From assembly GCA_965217715.1 (NCBI GenBank), contig OZ244563.1, forward strand, positions 2,294,165 to 2,358,164: 64,000 nt of DNA. Reading direction: 5' to 3'. Shown here piece by piece: positions 62,260 to 64,000 of the stretch (positions within the stretch are counted from its first letter, which is position 1; each line of letters opens with the position of its first letter). The notes beneath the pieces were generated by a model, which saw only the letters and a list, made by a program, of their open reading frames with translations, had not been told where the DNA came from and made no database searches. The DNA is from Candidatus Poribacteria bacterium. Its GTDB lineage: Bacteria; Poribacteria; WGA-4E; WGA-3G. Position numbers and translations under genes: made by a program.

Positions 62260-63612
62260 TTATGCCCATCTCGGATTTCTGCCACCAAACCGCTGCTCGC
62301 TAATGTTCCACAATTCTGTCAATCCCAGTTGTCGAATGTGGTCCAAACCGGGTAAGCACGGATCGTTTATTCGGGTTAACCACTGCTGCAGTTCCGCTTC
62401 TAATTCTTCTCGGAGCGTTTGTGAATTAGGGTCGTCAATGAGATTGTTCATTTGATATGGGTCGTTATCGTTATCGTAAAGCAGCCAACCTGTTCCGTCA
62501 TGATGGCGTGCATACGTGTAGCGATGTGTTCGGACACCGCGCCATTCGCGGAGACCGAAATTGAACCCTTCACTTCCGTGTAATGGGATTTCAAGCAGGA
62601 CTGATTGCGGTTCGTCAATTGTTTTACCGAGCATTGCGTCTGAAAGGTCAACGCCCTCAACGCCCTCTGGAATTGGTAGGTCGCATAAGGATAGCATTGA
62701 TGGCATAAAATCAACGAGGCTGAGTAAAGTGTCGCGAGTAACGCCTGCGGGGATTCTGCGGGGCCAACGAATCATAAAAGGGATACGACTTGATTCGTCC
62801 CACGGACGTTCTTTTCTGTTATGCCCGTGGCTACCGAGCATATCTCCATGGTCAGATGTATAAACAAGGATAGTATCTTCAGCAATACCGATTTCATCAA
62901 GGGCATCCATCATGCGCCCGAGGTTTTCATCTAAAGCGGTGATATGGGCGTAGTAGCCTGATATATCCTTTCGCGTGGCAGGTGTATCTACCGCGTTCGG
63001 ACGTAATTGAATTTCCTCTGGTGGATACATCTCTTTATACCGCTCTGGCACATGTTCATACGGATTATGTGGCGGTCCCCAACTCACATAAAGACAGAAA
63101 GGTTCGTCAGCATGGTCTCTGCAGTATTTAATCGCCTCATCGGTTTGGAATTCCGGTTCGTAGCCTTCAATCTGCATCTTATTCCCATCGGAATCGTGGT
63201 ACGGAGCATTGAAATAGTTATGATGGCAGTTCCATCCGACCCAATGATCAAAACCGAACCGCATCTCAGACGTAATAAACTTATCTCTTGGCATTCCACC
63301 GAGATGCCACTTACCAATATAGCCAGTTGCATATCCAGCATCTTTAAATACCTGTGCAATTCCCGTTTCAGACAACGGAAGCGGCAAATCGTTGGAAACT
63401 GCCTTGTGGCTTAACGGGTGTTTGCCGGTCATCAGGCATCCGCGCGCAGGCACACATATCGGGACGTTGGTAAAGGTGTTTGGCAAGAACATCCCCTCTT
63501 GTGCAAGTTTATCCATAGCCGGTGTCTGCACTTGCGGGTTACCTGCACACCCGACATCACATTGACGGTGTTGATCACCAAAAACAAAGATTAAATTGGG
63601 TTTTCGTTCCAT
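62260..63612 (-). CDS. Sulfatase (formylglycine-dependent)
   Basis: CVPAR (CxPxR), GKWHL, PPHNPY, TSDHG. Confidence 0.95.
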   Translation of the reverse strand: MERKPNLIFVFGDQHRQCDVGCAGNPQVQTPAMDKLAQEGMFLPNTFTNVPICVPARGCLMTGKHPLSHKAVSNDLPLPLSETGIAQVFKDAGYATGYIGKWHLGGMPRDKFITSEMRFGFDHWVGWNCHHNYFNAPYHDSDGNKMQIEGYEPEFQTDEAIKYCRDHADEPFCLYVSWGPPHNPYEHVPERYKEMYPPEEIQLRPNAVDTPATRKDISGYYAHITALDENLGRMMDALDEIGIAEDTILVYTSDHGDMLGSHGHNRKERPWDESSRIPFMIRWPRRIPAGVTRDTLLSLVDFMPSMLSLCDLPIPEGVEGVDLSDAMLGKTIDEPQSVLLEIPLHGSEGFNFGLREWRGVRTHRYTYARHHDGTGWLLYDNDNDPYQMNNLIDDPNSQTLREELEAELQQWLTRINDPCLPGLDHIRQLGLTELWNISEQRFGGRNPRWA

Positions 63613-63803
63613 TTTTTCTCCTATTTCTAATACTCATAAGGTTACGCAGTTTTTACGATTTATTCAATAATTATGACTAAATGGTGCAATTTTTAGCAGA
63701 GTTCTGAGTTTCCAGCGTGTTTACAATCAACATAGTCTGTAGGTTGGGTGGAGCTTGTGAAACCTAAATCAACGCTATGAATGCACTGTTGGCATTCAGC
63801 GGG

Positions 63804-63908
63804 TGTCAATTTAAGAACATAATACCAGATTATCTCATGTGGGAGGGTTTTGTAAGCCCGATTTATTACCGTTTACGTATTTTGCACATAAAGTGTCTTA
63901 AGTTGACA
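63804..63908. mobile_element. MITE family C (TGTCAAYTTAAGA termini) carrying a REP
   Basis: tgtcaatttaaga / tcttaagttgaca; internal gtgggagggttttgtaagcccga; adjacent REP at 63739 and hairpin at 63767-63803; single copy, no clear target duplication. Confidence 0.62.
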
Positions 63909-64000
63909 GTTATGGTTAGAGCTTGCGAAATCCTACTATAAATACGAAGAGAACAATAAATTGGCGACTACAAACGCAGATATTCTTAAAGTATCCGTCA

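Noticed and set aside
273-63414. Numerous short ORFs antisense to or overlapping assigned genes
   Set aside because: They are shadow frames of well-supported CDSs with no motifs or RBS.

Overview
This is a gene-dense bacterial chromosomal window of moderate to low GC. Its content (internalin-type LRR lipoproteins, sulfatases, a PhyH dioxygenase, a Uma2 nuclease, TPR proteins, many GTAG palindromes) resembles Candidatus Poribacteria or similar sponge symbionts, though that is an inference. The main blocks are: metabolic genes (0.1-9.6 kb, with two single-base frameshifts); an XRE-led cassette of orphan exported proteins, one broken by two in-frame TAA stops (10-13.5 kb); a TolC/MFP/ABC-ATPase operon ending in beta-RFAP synthase; nfuA with a sigma-70 factor; and a 17.5-kb type II secretion-like cluster. 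That cluster has a GspK carrying ComEA-like HhH modules and two tandem, near-identical secretins, each with six NolW-like domains. Further on are a squalene-hopene-cyclase-like gene with a glycosyltransferase, a second orphan secreted/anchored protein pair, a DtxR/MntR-controlled Mn/Fe operon, tandem LRR lipoproteins and hydrolases. The most unusual signal is a nested system of non-autonomous repeats. GTAG-REP hairpins sit as cargo inside three different terminal-inverted-repeat MITE shells, a ~35-bp AATCAACG-hairpin-CGGG element with compensatory changes is found only inside those repeats, and REPs are inserted in-frame into coding sequences. No rRNA, tRNA, CRISPR array or transposase gene was seen. 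All alignments were done by eye; no searches were run.
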